Counted from the whole stretch's first letter, positions 50,247 to 62,115 are shown. The stretch: DNA of 62,661 nt, filler included, from Sphacelaria rigidula (GCA_964200075.2; 7 parts of 7 records of this genome joined end to end with filler, not necessarily neighbours in it), one strand, 5' to 3'. Notes: a model not told the origin generated them from the sequence alone. A program made the numbers and translations.

Positions 50247-52489
50247 TGTCTGCTCCCAATAGCCACTACGATAACCATGGTAGCAGCACCAACGCCGCCT
50301 CTGCAAACAATCCGCAGGACAGCGACCCCCACCGCCTATCCGCAGATCGAGCAGGTGATCTAGGGGCTGTTGCGCCCCGCCACCCCTATCACCTACGCAG
50401 CGGCGTGCCCCCCAACATCCAGGGGACCGGCAGTGGCGGTGGTGCTGCCGGGGGCCTCGACCCCCGGGCGTCTCTCCCTAGCACCGTGCACCACGGAAGC
50501 CACGAGGATCTCGTTCGTCGCTGCCCATCAACGCACCACAGGCAGGATAACGGGGATACCAGACCCTCGACTTCCCGCTCTCGGAGCCGCCACCGCTCTC
50601 GCTCCCGTGCACGGGCAGAGCGCCGTTCTCGCTCTCGCCCCCGCTGCCACCGCTCCCGCTCCCGCTCCCGCTCTCGCTCTCGCTCTCGCTCCCGCCGCCG
50701 CCGCTACCGCCGAGGAGCACGAGATCCCGGGAGCGTTGCCACTACCGGAAGGAGCACAGGGCGTACCAGCAGCAGGTGGATGCCGGTTGGCTAAGGCGCT
50801 GGGGGTTGTGATGCACCAGGAGCAGCAGCTGGAGCTGCGGTCCAAGGTCTGGAATCCAACCAGTTGGCGAAGGTGAGCGAACGGGTACGTAGGCGTATTA
50901 CGCGTGGTCGACCATGCCCAGTGTACGCAGGACCAAGTGCAAGGGAATCATCGGTTGTCAACAGCGCTGTCGTACTGCAACACCAGATATGGTCGACGCT
51001 GCGTGCAATGGGCCAAGGGATTTTGAAAATGCCGGAAAATGAATACGTCAACGGTAAGTGGGTGACACAAACAGATCAGTACTCCGCCCGCCGGTGCGAC
51101 CTCCTGATTGAGGTGCTGGCAGAAACCAGCGGTATGTTTACGTCCTCAACCGCAGCGGATCGGGTAGACGTCTATCGAATCACGGGCGAAACTGACACCG
51201 TCCCACATGAATCCGTTACTATGACCGACTGGCTACGGATCCTCGTCCGTGAAGAAGTGATGACGAACGGAGTTACTAAGTTTATACACGCTGCACTAGA
51301 CGCCATCACCTTAGGTCCCAACGAGTCGTGGAGTGCGGGGGCGCAACGGGTGTTGCTGGCATTTCGCGCGAGGTTAGTCAACCCAGACCGGCCATACAGT
51401 ACCGAAGCCACGTACCTCTGGCGATTTGTCACCGCCCGGCAGGTAAGCAAGCTTTACGACCGTATTATCCGAGTCATTCTGCCTAACCCTGTTGATAGGC
51501 TAGGTCTACAGTCGATCCTCCACGAAAAGACACACGCAATCTGGGCCAGGCTGGAGCCTCTGAAAAGCGAGGGGCACAATCCTATGGGGTTAGCAATGCA
51601 AAGAAGGGGGGACGTAGCCAAGAGTCTTTACGAGGATTTCATCCGTACCGTGTGCGCCCGCAACGCAGTATACAGCGATGACAGTCACGCCCGCCCCCAA
51701 ACGCGGACTAGCAACCGCGGCGCGGGACCTGATAGACTATTTTCACTTGAGGAAGTAAGGAACTTGCTACAGTCGCCCCCGGGGGTCGCGGCAATGCTCC
51801 GGCAAACTAACCCGGAGCCACCTCTCTTCCCCGAAGTGCCGCTCGTCCTGTCAGCCCCTGCTGCGCCCTCTAGTTCTCAGGCGTTAGCCGGCCATCACTC
51901 GGCAGGACCTTTCGTCGCGGCGTTCAACAACCACCTGGCGGTCTCATCGGGCTCATACGGCGTGCCCTTCATGCAGCAAAGTTCCACACCCATGAACCCC
52001 GGTTCTCGCACCACGACTCCGGATCATGCCGTCGCACCCCGCGCGGCAGATTTGCAGCACAAACCCCCGGCACCGCCGTCTGGCAGCGCTTCGCCGCCAC
52101 CGACACCCGCCACATCCGCCCAACCAGTCTGTCCGGCCTCTACTCCCGAACCATCCGCACCGCCGATTTCCGCGGGACGCGGCGTAGTGGTTACCTTCTT
52201 ACGTGATCGTAAAATCTGTTTCGGTTACGCATTCACCGGCTCGTGCCGTCACCGGGGCAACACCCCCTGCCCCTGGATGCACGGTGTCATCCCCGCCGCA
52301 CACTACAGCGGCCTACCGGCCCGCCGCAAGACGGCCATTCCCCAACGCCGGCTAGCCGTGCTTACGCAGGCGCAATACTTGGCGGCAATCGACCTGGGTC
52401 TCATCGGCGAAGACGACGACGACGGCGAGGATATGCTGAGCGCATCCGTAAGCGAAGCTGCAGCTGGAGACACACGAGCCGACGCGTGA
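50247..52489 (+). CDS. gag: Gag-like protein of a Ty3/Gypsy-like LTR retrotransposon (5' part frameshifted)
   Basis: 541-aa open frame 50864-52489 with a C-terminal CFGYAFTGSCRHRGNTPCPWMH finger, directly upstream of the protease; upstream low-complexity part lies in two other frames. Confidence 0.65.
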
Positions 52490-53696
52490 AGGCGCGCCCC
52501 AGGTGAAATTGACCTGGGGAACCTCCGCCGACCCAGCGCCACCACAATATCCCGGCGTCGAGGAAGCCAACTTTGGGCGACAGGCGAGATGTGGCACCGA
52601 CGGCGTCTCCGTCGGCCGTGGCCGATAGAAGTCTTGCTGGACACGGGAGCGGGAGGGGGCAACCATATGTCTGGAGCGTTATGGCGCAGCTTACACAAGG
52701 CCAACATCCTGGACGATACGCCAAACCCTGACGCGGCAGGTGTTCTCTGTGCAGCTAACCCATCCCAGAGTAAGGTTCCCCCTATGCGAATGATCGGTTC
52801 CGTAACAGTGCCCTTGCTTTTGACCTCCGACTCACGGGTCCGTAATGTACCAGTGCGAGTAGTCGAGGCCCTACCGTACGGCTTCATTTTAGATGCAGAT
52901 CATTTTCGGTACAATAACAGTATCCTAGATTTCGCCCCAGGAAAAGGGTTCCGCCCCTCGCCAGCGGCACCATGGATCCCGTTCCTGACGAGCAAAACTC
53001 CTACCTACCACATTCAAGATATATTAGTAGCCCTGTACACCGCGACGGAAACCACCGCCTCCCTAGCTGCGCTCGCTTGTCCGTCCATCCACAACTACCC
53101 CAGCTACCGTGACATAGCTTGGGAAGACGACAGTACCCTAGAGTGGAAGCTGCGCTTGGTTGGACAAACGATCACGCTCAGCGGTTTCGTCAGCGCCGCG
53201 ATAGAAACAGCCGCGATCGGTCCTCAACCGCAAGATAAGCAGCTTGTGCTTGTACTTCCACAAGCAAAGTTCGACCTGGACACGGGGGCAGAGGTGGGGA
53301 TCGCGAAGGGAGTATCGTGGTGGCAGCCGGGATCGCCGGTGTACTGTAGACTTGTAAATCGAAGTAAGGAGCAGATGACGGTGAAACCCACTGGCACGGT
53401 CGCGCGTATGATAGCACTAAACGTACGCGATCCCGCCAGGTTTCACTCACTGTTCGACCCCCATCCGTCTACGACAGACCCCCCCGTGGACCCCCCACCC
53501 CGCGCCTCACGTTCAGACAGTAGTTGCTCGGCCCAACCAAATCATAAGGTCAACGTGCAGGACGCCAATATGGGCCAGCTTGGAGCAGCGGAAAAGAGAG
53601 AGCTGGTAGACACGCTGCTGAGCTTCATCGAAGCTGGCCTGTTCCCCACGGACCCCAAGCGGGTTCCCGCTTGTATCAACGGTGAGCTCGAACTCC
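52490..53696 (+). CDS. pol: Pol N-terminus: retroviral-type aspartic protease and spacer, truncated before RT
   Basis: IEVLLDTGAG catalytic motif and VVEALPYGFILDADHF (ILGxDF-like); open to the contig end; same frame as gag. Confidence 0.8.
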
Positions 53697-53796
53697 NNNN
53701 NNNNNNNNNNNNNNNNNNNNNNNNNNNNNNNNNNNNNNNNTTAATTAATTAANNNNNNNNNNNNNNNNNNNNNNNNNNNNNNNNNNNNNNNNNNNN
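53697..53796. other. Artificial contig linker
   Basis: N44-TTAATTAATTAA-N44. Confidence 0.98.
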
Positions 53797-53865
53797 CGTC
53801 ACGAGTCGACTCATCATACTAAAACCAAGTAATTTCCAGCCGAATCATTATTTGTGCGACCCTTG

Positions 53866-54011
53866 AAGGTTTTTGTGTAATGTGTGGAAGAAACGTAATG
53901 AGCATCGAAATGTTGGGGGTATCTGTATTATGAATCGGAACGGTGCTCTGTCTCGAACGGTATACGTGATCAATGAGTCAAATGACGAAGGCAAGCAGCA
54001 AATGAGAACTT
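53866..54011 (+). mobile_element. Family B LINE 3' end
   Basis: RFLCNVWKKRNEHRNVGGICIMNRNGALSR; ends CAAATGAGAAC(TT) + C-run. Confidence 0.75.
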
Positions 54012-54737
54012 CCCCCCCATCGTGGGATAAATCAAATCCCAACTCAAGGCTAACCGAGGACTCTCGGTTAGGAGGGTCGGAGGATGTCTCAGGGGAAGTG
54101 TGCGCTGGCGGATCTCAAATATGCTCAGAAGGGGTCGGTTTGAGCCAAAATACGAGCAACGGACCCTTGACAAACCCTTGAAACTATGAACATCTCAAAG
54201 GTCCAAACGTGATGGCCCATGCTGAATACGGCGACATTATACGTTTCAAACACGGTCCTCTCTCGCCGAGTTTCCGTTCATTCTACCGGGTGTGGTCCAT
54301 CCGAAGGGGCCTGGCTCTAAACGAGCGAACAGGTCTCGTTCAAGCGCTAATCCTTTGAACACCCACACGTGTGTTTATTCATCGAACCGGCATCATCTTG
54401 AGTCGGCGATCAATCTCAGCTACTCATCAAAATTCTCAAGCGAAGAGATAAGGAGGCACAGGCTCCATCGTGCCCCCCTTCACTCATCAGTATGCTACCG
54501 GATAGTTGTGGTTTCTTTCATCAAGATATCGCTCATCCGCACAGCCTTGATTTTATTTCAGATCGAATGACGGGCAACCGCACTTATTGTTGTTGAAATC
54601 TTCTGCGTAGGTATACTGCGCACCCTTAAACTGCCCATTTTACGTTTACCCTAACAGTTTCCACGCCCCGCTTCACCCCCCCCCCCACCCCCGCGTGCGT
54701 CAACCTCCCGCCGCCACCCTCCCCACGTCACGGCCAG

Positions 54738-54830
54738 CTCTGCCACCAGTACTGTGATGCACGTTCCTCCGCCTACATGGGTCTGCAGTACGGCCACGAG
54801 TGCTGGTGCAGCAGACGGGGCACGCTGGAT
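54738..54830 (+). CDS. WSC-CAP protein exon (WSC domain)
   Basis: LCHQYCDARSSAYMGLQYGHECWCS; CAG/GT boundaries. Confidence 0.85.
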
Positions 54831-55516
54831 GTGGGTTTATTGCGATAGTCAGTCATCTATGACTGGATCGAGTTTTATATTTTTGGACACTCTACACCTC
54901 CTGTGATGTATACACAGTACGATAAATTGAGCACCCGATATGGAACGCCAACGTTGATAGATGGATCAATGCTTGACCGTAATAGTCAACTCCTTGTCTA
55001 CTTTGTCGTGTCAGACGCCGTATTTAGCGACCGAACAGACTGCGTCAATTTTATTAGCGCAGACAGACCGCCTCGCAACACCTTCGGGCGAGTGTACCCA
55101 GTCGACTTCGCTCATCGACCCAGCCTAATCCTGCTCAGGGCAAGGATCGAGTGAAAATGTCTAGTTGGGGTCAGGGTTGGTGTCGAGGCTGGTGGTGAGC
55201 GACAAAGTACAACTGAAATTTGCGCAAGTTCCACAAATGTCGGGTTTCGTCTGACCAAAATCGACACGGTCACCGCATCCATAGGCGGCGTTGCCTGCTG
55301 TGTGGATGACGTGGACAATGGTGTACGAGTTGCAAGCGGTACAATACCGCATACATGTCTCGCATGGTTGGGCAGAAATAATTACATATGACAGTAATAC
55401 AAAGACGCATTGATGTGAAGCATCGGACGACGTTTACACTCACGGAATTCTGAAGCTGCCTCTGCGCCACGGTTGACTCATCATGCCTCGCCATTCCCTC
55501 ATATCCACGAACACAG

Positions 55517-55783
55517 TTCGAGCGGCACGGAGTCGGCGATGACGGGCAATGTAACATTACCTGCGCAGGCGATCCTGACACTACGTGCGGCGGGTACTAT
55601 GCATTCGACCTGTACCAACTGGAGTGGGCGGAAGCTCCGACCAGCGAGGAATACGTGGGATGCTTCGCGGACTCGAAACACGACCGCGTCATGTTCAACA
55701 TGATGGTCTCCCAAAATATGACCGAGACGGTGTGCCGCGACCACTGTGTAAATATCCCGGGCACACTTTACTACGCTACCCAG
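55517..55783 (+). CDS. WSC-CAP protein exon (end of WSC1, start of WSC2)
   Basis: FERHG..QCNITCAGDPDTTCGGYYAFDLY...YVGCFADSKHDRVM...MTETVCRDHC...LYYATQ; AG/GT, phase 0-0. Confidence 0.88.
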
Positions 55784-55929
55784 GTACTACAGTACGTACC
55801 GCCAACCGGTATTCGAGAGGGAGTGGCGCAATGACGCCGGCCAAGATAGAGCGACAGTTGCGTTGCAGTCTCTGTTGCGTTGGTCTTGGCAAATGTTTCG
55901 GGTAGCCTGGTGTTATCGTGAAACCCCCA

Positions 55930-56250
55930 TACGGGATATCATATCCATGTGAGACGCCCGTTTCGGATGTCAATGTCCATCTGGGATGCCCATCATGAAC
56001 ATCATATCCATCTGGGATGTCTATCTTGAGTGAAGACTTTCATGTGGATATGCAATTCCATCTGGAATATTGACATATATCTGGAACGTCCATCTGGGAT
56101 GTCTTTATCCCAGGCGGATACGATGTATTTCTCCGAGGTATTCACGTCCCAGATGAACATTCCAAATTGATCACATGTTCCAGATGAACGTCCTAGATGA
56201 ATATTATATCCTAGATGGATATTCAAATTAAACGCCCATATCCTGGATGG
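55930..56250. repeat. Intronic MITE-like repeat (CATCTGGGATG / CCAGATG motifs)
   Basis: Motif repeated forward then inverted. Confidence 0.5.
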
Positions 56251-56552
56251 AGGTTCCACTATAGTGCAAGGCCGCGAAGGTTTGGAGCTGAAATTGCGTT
56301 TCTCCCAGCTAGTGCTTAGCGCTAGCAACGTTCACACGTCTTTGCCACACTATGCTTGTGCTTATTGCTAGCAGTGTCCACTAGTGAACGCTGCTATATA
56401 CAGCTGTACACTCTATGCAGCCGAAGCAGGCGAGAAACGCCTTCGTGCATGCTTTTGCCGATGCCTCATGATTTTCACCCCCCTGTACCCCGTGTACTTT
56501 CTTTCATGTATCGCGGCGGCACCTTTCCACGTATGTGCTGTGGACGGTCTAG

Positions 56553-56661
56553 TACGGAACCGAGTGTTTCTGCGGTCATTCTTCCAACCCTGTCGACTAC
56601 GAGATTCATGGCACGGGAGTCTGCCACATGGAGTGCGGGGGCGACCCCAGCGTGGCATGCG
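56553..56661 (+). CDS. WSC-CAP protein exon (WSC2)
   Basis: YGTECFCGHSSNPVDYEIHGTGVCHMECGGDPSVAC; TAG/GTAAGA. Confidence 0.88.
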
Positions 56662-56931
56662 GTAAGAGTCCACTCCATGTTGGCAGTCTCTCTTGATTAC
56701 AATGTTGGGAATATTGCTGCTGCCACCGGATATTCTTCTTGGGCTCCCGCTGAGTCATGTACCAGTCGTACTGTGGTAGGCGGGGCAGATCTTAGTAGCT
56801 GGTCGAAACAATACCAGTCTGGCGAGTTGGCTTGCAGCACTACAGGACACCAGTCCTACATTGTTGGTATTGCTGAACCACCGTTGTTCCGTTATGCCCA
56901 CAAACCCACCCCCGACCACTTGGGATCAGCT

Positions 56932-57138
56932 GTGTAATACGTGAGAGGACCGCGTGCTTAAAGGACTGCATCGGGATTCGAACATCCCCATGGTTAGGGT
57001 AAGGGTTAGTGTTAGGGTTATGGTCGGGGGCGTGGTACCTGCAGGGACTGGCCTGATTGGTTTTGAGAAACATCAATCCTGACGTGTTTTGAACTACGGC
57101 GCGGTCCTCTAAGCACGCGATCCTCTCACGCATTACAC
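56932..57138. mobile_element. MITE containing TTAGGG-like repeats
   Basis: TIR GTGTAATACGTGAGAGGA / TCCTCTCACGCATTACAC; possible GCT TSD; internal GGTTAGGGTAAGGGTTAGTGTTAGGG. Confidence 0.75.
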
Positions 57139-57264
57139 GCTGTCGCCTCCGACACACATCCACCCTGATATTCTTGCATTTCAACCAATCTCTCGTGCTG
57201 ACGTGTGCAACCTCTCCATTTCTTCTCCATGTACACACATCCCGCCTTGTCATTCTCCATACCT

Positions 57265-57266
<2 letters not shown>

Positions 57267-57303
<37 letters not shown>
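57267..57303. repeat. (TA)n microsatellite
   Basis: Perfect AT dinucleotide run. Confidence 0.9.
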
Positions 57304-57307
<4 letters not shown>

Positions 57308-57342
57308 CCTCGATGCGTGCCACACGCCTCCCTGTTCCCTAG

Positions 57343-57570
57343 GCGGATACGAGGCCTTCAATCTCTACGCACTAACTAATGAGACTCAGCGATCGGACGA
57401 CGATGATTCATCCCCGCCATTGGCGCAGGATGACTGCCTCAAGTCTAGCGATACCGATGGTTATGACGACGATTATGCCGACGATCTGTGCAAGGGCATC
57501 AATCAGGCGTGCCTCGGCAACTCCGACTGCTGTTGTTCATTGGATTGCTCGAGTATTGCTGGCGAACATG
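57343..57570 (+). CDS. WSC-CAP protein exon (end of WSC2, acidic linker, Cys cluster)
   Basis: GGYEAFNLY...DDLCKGINQACLGNSDCCCSLDCSS; phase 1-1, TAG/GTGAG. Confidence 0.82.
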
Positions 57571-58599
57571 GTGAGACATTGTCCTAACTAATATGTACAT
57601 CAGCACTAAGTTTCACTAAACTTGTAATGGTTTGCTAGCTCTGCGTTCCTCGTAAACACATGAGTAAGCTCATTTTCCCAGATCCCTTTGTGATGTCAAC
57701 TGGCATTAGACATCGTGTACAGGATATGTTTCGGAAATGACAGCCGATCATCAAAATTGAGGATGGAGATTTTCGTTGAGGATGACGAAGCCCCAGAGCC
57801 GCGCACGCAAAGGGCCCATGTATTTGTTTCACGAAAATACTTCGGTAGTTCTTGAATAAAAATGCGAGTTTGACAAAAAAAACTGCGGCCAGCGGAAAAC
57901 TCAGAGGTGTCCTGAAGCTGTCTCGAGTTTATTTTGATCCGACGGACCGCTCGAAACTCCAAAGCGGGCGTACCCCTCTTCACCATTCTTTATTACCCAG
58001 CTGGCCTCTGATCATAACTGTTCCTATTATTTCGTATTGAAATCGGCCACTGAGAAACAATGCTGTATTTGCACTGAATCAAACCTGAAATCCAAGTTCG
58101 AAAAAGCGTTTTTGTTCGTTTCAAATTCAACTTCAGGTCCTGACCTGCATTTACATAAAAAAAAACTATCCTGGCCAACAGGCATGTATGGCACAGCCAT
58201 TTGAGCGATTCAGGTGGACCCTAAGAACTCGAATCTCACTTTGCTGCTCTTTTTATGCCAACCTTTCGGGGAACGGACTCTTCTGGGGGAAAATATATGG
58301 GTACTTCTCGCGCGCCGTTCCGGGGTTTCCTTATCCTCAATGAAAAAGTCCATCCTCAATTTTGATGATCGGCTGTGATATCTGAAAACCATGAAAAAAT
58401 GTACTTCGACGTATTTGTTTGTTAACCATGCATATCAGTTCTGGTGTCCTGGCATCAGTATATTGGGGTCTGCGCCAAAGAGCTATATACGCGAGATCTA
58501 GAACTGACAAATGTGTGAAAAGGTCATTCCTCGACGGACACTTTTTGGAAATTTGTCCTTTCTATGTGGTGGTTCTCACATCAAGCCCCCGCCCTCCTT

Positions 58600-59150
58600 C
58601 AGCCTGGTCCGGCGAGAACCCGGCGTGTTCCGTCCCCGCTTTGTAGGAGCGGACCTCCGATGGGATTGGCGTCGGTTGGCAACTACGACACTCACTGCGT
58701 AGGCTAGGCAACCACGTTACCGTTTTTTTGCCCGCTTGCGTCTTTTTTGACGGTAACCATAATGGTAGGCGAGCTAGATCATGTTGTGCGGCGTGGGAGA
58801 ACCTCAACTCCGCACAATGGGGATGACCGTACTACGTAGTGTTTGAATGGCGAGATGCCCATGAGGCAGGGTATAAGCCGTGACTGTCTCTGGAAGTGGC
58901 GATACCAAAAAATGAAGCAGCGCATTGTAGGCTGTCATCCAAATGCAAGATAATCGGTAGGCTTTGGGTCGAACAATCTTTTTGGGATGAAGCTCACTCT
59001 TCATCCGACTCGCCGAACACACCACGGCACTTCGCGCTTGGCGATTGAGTGCGAACCTGGTCCGGCAAAAACCCGGCGTATTCCATCCCGGCTTTGTAGG
59101 GATGCGAAGTCAACGGTCTCGTGACTATGGCATGCATAATCATGAGTACA
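58600..59150 (+). mobile_element. Family A retroelement, long copy (intronic)
   Basis: Ends CATAATCATGAGTACA + C-run. Confidence 0.8.
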
Positions 59151-59328
59151 CCCCCCCCGTTCATGAAACTCTTGGAGGTTTTGTCACGTCTGCTAGCGGT
59201 TGGACTTTAAATTCACATATCTCCTACGTGTGTTGGGACCCCAACCAACAGTCGCCGCAGGAAATTTTCCGTGAGGTTGTGAACTCTTCTTCAAAGGGTA
59301 TCCACCATTTTCTTGCTTTCACCATTTT

Positions 59329-59400
59329 GATGGGAACCGGGATTTGAACCCGGGACCTTCTGTTCGTGAAGCGTACGAGCTACCTCATGGTGTTGCCAGT
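59329..59400 (-). mobile_element. tRNA-derived SINE head or tRNA relic
   Basis: Minus strand ...AGAAGGTCCCGGGTTCAAATCCCGGTTCCCATC: T-arm/B-box intact, 5' half degenerate. Confidence 0.5.
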
Positions 59401-61251
59401 GTGAAAAGGTGATCCCTTGACGGACACTTGTGGGACTTTTGTGAAGAGGTTTTTCCTCGACAAACACATGTGGGAATCTGTCCCTTTTATGTGGTGGTTC
59501 CCGCAAATGGATATATATTACAAGAGTTCCGGTGGCTATCGCCGCTACGCTGAATGGCTCGACACCCAAGATACACGGGCACCGGTACTACTCATGTGCG
59601 TTGCGTAATGGTACATGGCACAGTTTGGCAAAGCCGTAGCAGCTCATGGGCTGAGCACGATAGTCCATCTGGATCATGCATTCTTTTATTTAGATAAATT
59701 GATGCCGTTGCAACAGATGAACTACTTTTCTCGCCGTCAAAGGGTCGATGGAGAGCGGCGGGACATGATTGTCGTGACTTCTGATCGTCATATGAGCATG
59801 GTGCTGGTTCGACTTTCACGTGAAATCGACGCCGATTCCACAAACGACTTTTTTGTTTCGTTTCCAGCCCGAAGAGGAACATCGATGACGTACGTACGTA
59901 CGAAGGCTCAACACAACCCATCACAATCGAAGGGGAACCTGAGGAATTGATTGCTCCAGAAAACCAAGAACACATATAGTGGCAACGAATTTGACCATTT
60001 GACCGTCCTGGTAGGTTATCTGTTGAACCGGCATCACTTGCACTTGGAAAAATACTGCGTAGCCCAGATGATCTCCCCTACCGGTCGGAGGATTGAAACA
60101 GTAAAAATGAAGTGAAGTCGAGACGATGCGATATGCATGCATGACAGATGTGTGAGTTACGTGTCACGCAGGAGGAGGCCAGCACAGGAGTTTTTATCTT
60201 CTGATTTGTTGTAGGTCTCCACCTTTCTTCTGCAGTGCTTGCCTTTTTCTATATTTTCGCGAGAGGTGTTCAGCGGTCCCTATCCCTCGTCAACCGTGAA
60301 GTCGAATTTTGCCTCATGATAAAGAGACGCATGTACGTCAGAGTAGCAGCAGCAGCTACAACAACAGCAGTCCAGAGACAGTAAAAGGGAAGTACAGTCG
60401 AGATGATGCGACATGCGGGCAAGATCACGACGTGCTCGAGGTGTGCCCCGAGAGTTGAGCGGAGAGCGATGGCACGCTGCCGTTTCGTACAGTTTCGGTT
60501 CAACTAAGCATGATGACGATCCAAGTATCAAGTGAAAACGATGTGTGGTCGTTGTGGCGTTCGTGATTGGCAAATGGGCGGGAAAAGTATCGAATGTGTG
60601 GGCACCATTCCGCCGAGGGGGGGGGGGGGTTGCATAGGTGTCAGAAATTCCAATCTACGGGAGCCCCTGCCCTGTTCTGAAAAGTAACAGATTTCCGTCG
60701 TCGAAAACGAGAGGAAGCGAGAAGCACGAACACTTCTTCTTTTACCGAGACTTTGTGTCACGTGAGTCGATGCGGTCCGAGAGTGCTGATCTAATTCGCG
60801 ATACTAAAATGCAAGGCGTGTACCGGGGGATAGATCGTTTGATCCCTTGACACTCCGGATTTCCCCCCCCCCCCCCCCCCCGGAAGGGGGGGGGTATTAA
60901 ATGTGCCAAAAAAGCAAGACTGTGTTCTCGCAGTGAAACAACAGCATTATTCTTCAGCGGAATAGTGTCGTATAGATCAGAACCTTTACCTTTACCCGCC
61001 AGCCCCATGTGCTCCTATGCTCTACCATTGCATGACCTGCGTGGACAACGGTAGGTGGCGCACGTTTTTTCGGCTTCCAGCGCTCACTCCCCTGTTGTTA
61101 ACGTGCTGTTGCAGGGAATGCGTGATGCAGGGCGTATTCACGTATTCACTGGACTTGCCGCCTCGTCTGCATTCATTGAAGGCGTCCTCTCCTGTTCCAC
61201 CCAACCGCCATTCGGTGCATTGCTGTATCCTCCACGTGCCCGTTTTGGCAG

Positions 61252-61690
61252 TCTGTCGAGTGGCGAACGTGGCTGCTACTAACCAGCTTGGAGCCCCGGA
61301 ACCCTCTACTCCCGGGCCAGCAGCTCTTACGCCCACACGGATAACTCCTGCACCCGAACCGGTCGTTTCTTCTCGTGCACCTGCCAGTGACACGCCCAAC
61401 CCGATAGCTCCTACACCCACACCGGCAGCTCCTACGCCCACGCCGGCAGCTTCGGTAGCTCCTGTGCCCGAACCGGTAGCTCCTACGCCCGGACCGCTAG
61501 CTCCTACGCCCGGACCGCTAGCTCCTACACCCGGACCGCTAGCTCCTACGCCCGGGCCGCTAGCTCCGACGCCCACACCGGTAGCTCCGACGCCTACACC
61601 GGTAGCCCCGGTAGCTCGTACATCCCCGACCCCGACGGACGATGATGCTGAGTACTATGAAGACCTTCTCAATCTTCACAACCAAATCAG
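61252..61690 (+). CDS. WSC-CAP protein exon (Pro/Thr linker, start of CAP domain)
   Basis: VCRV...(APTPGPL)n...[13 protein letters not shown]; the acceptor is inferred from phase-1 compatibility. Confidence 0.75.
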
Positions 61691-62057
61691 GTGCGTGGAC
61701 GTTGAACACACGTATGAGAAATGACAGAGAAAAATCTATACAAAAAAAAAGCCGTCTGAAGGTTGGTAATCCTGCTTTCGCATGTCGTCCGTAGCACGAG
61801 ACACACATGCTGATAGCGGTACATGAGTTCCAGTAGTGGAGTGGTCGGGAGGTGTGAAGAAAGTGGCTGCGAGTAGTAACAATGGCTGAGCGGGTGCAGA
61901 CCGTGGTCCCGCTTACGCGATAGTTGTGATGGCATGGATAGATTTTACACCCGCGACATGTTGACTCTTCTGGTCCAAAGGAGGCTCACCGCGATTCTGG
62001 CCCTCTCTTCTCCCCTCATCCCCACGCTACTCGGTGTCTATTCAATGTGCTATTCAG

Positions 62058-62115
62058 GTGCATCCATGGAACGGGCCCAATGTCGTGGGACACCACGGTG
62101 GCCGCGACCGCCAAG
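62058..62115 (+). CDS. WSC-CAP protein exon (CAP/SCP domain)
   Basis: Splices to HNQIR-CIHGTGPMSWDTTVAATAK, the CAP HN..R..HG...L.W...A..A motif; CAG/GTACGT. Confidence 0.82.

Noticed and set aside
50560-50720. SR-protein-like RS domain
   Set aside because: Alternative frame of the Ala/Pro low-complexity segment in the frameshifted gag 5' region; no RRM
59329-59400. Functional tRNA gene (also 10570-10650)
   Set aside because: Only the T-arm/B-box is recognisable; acceptor and anticodon stems do not pair convincingly
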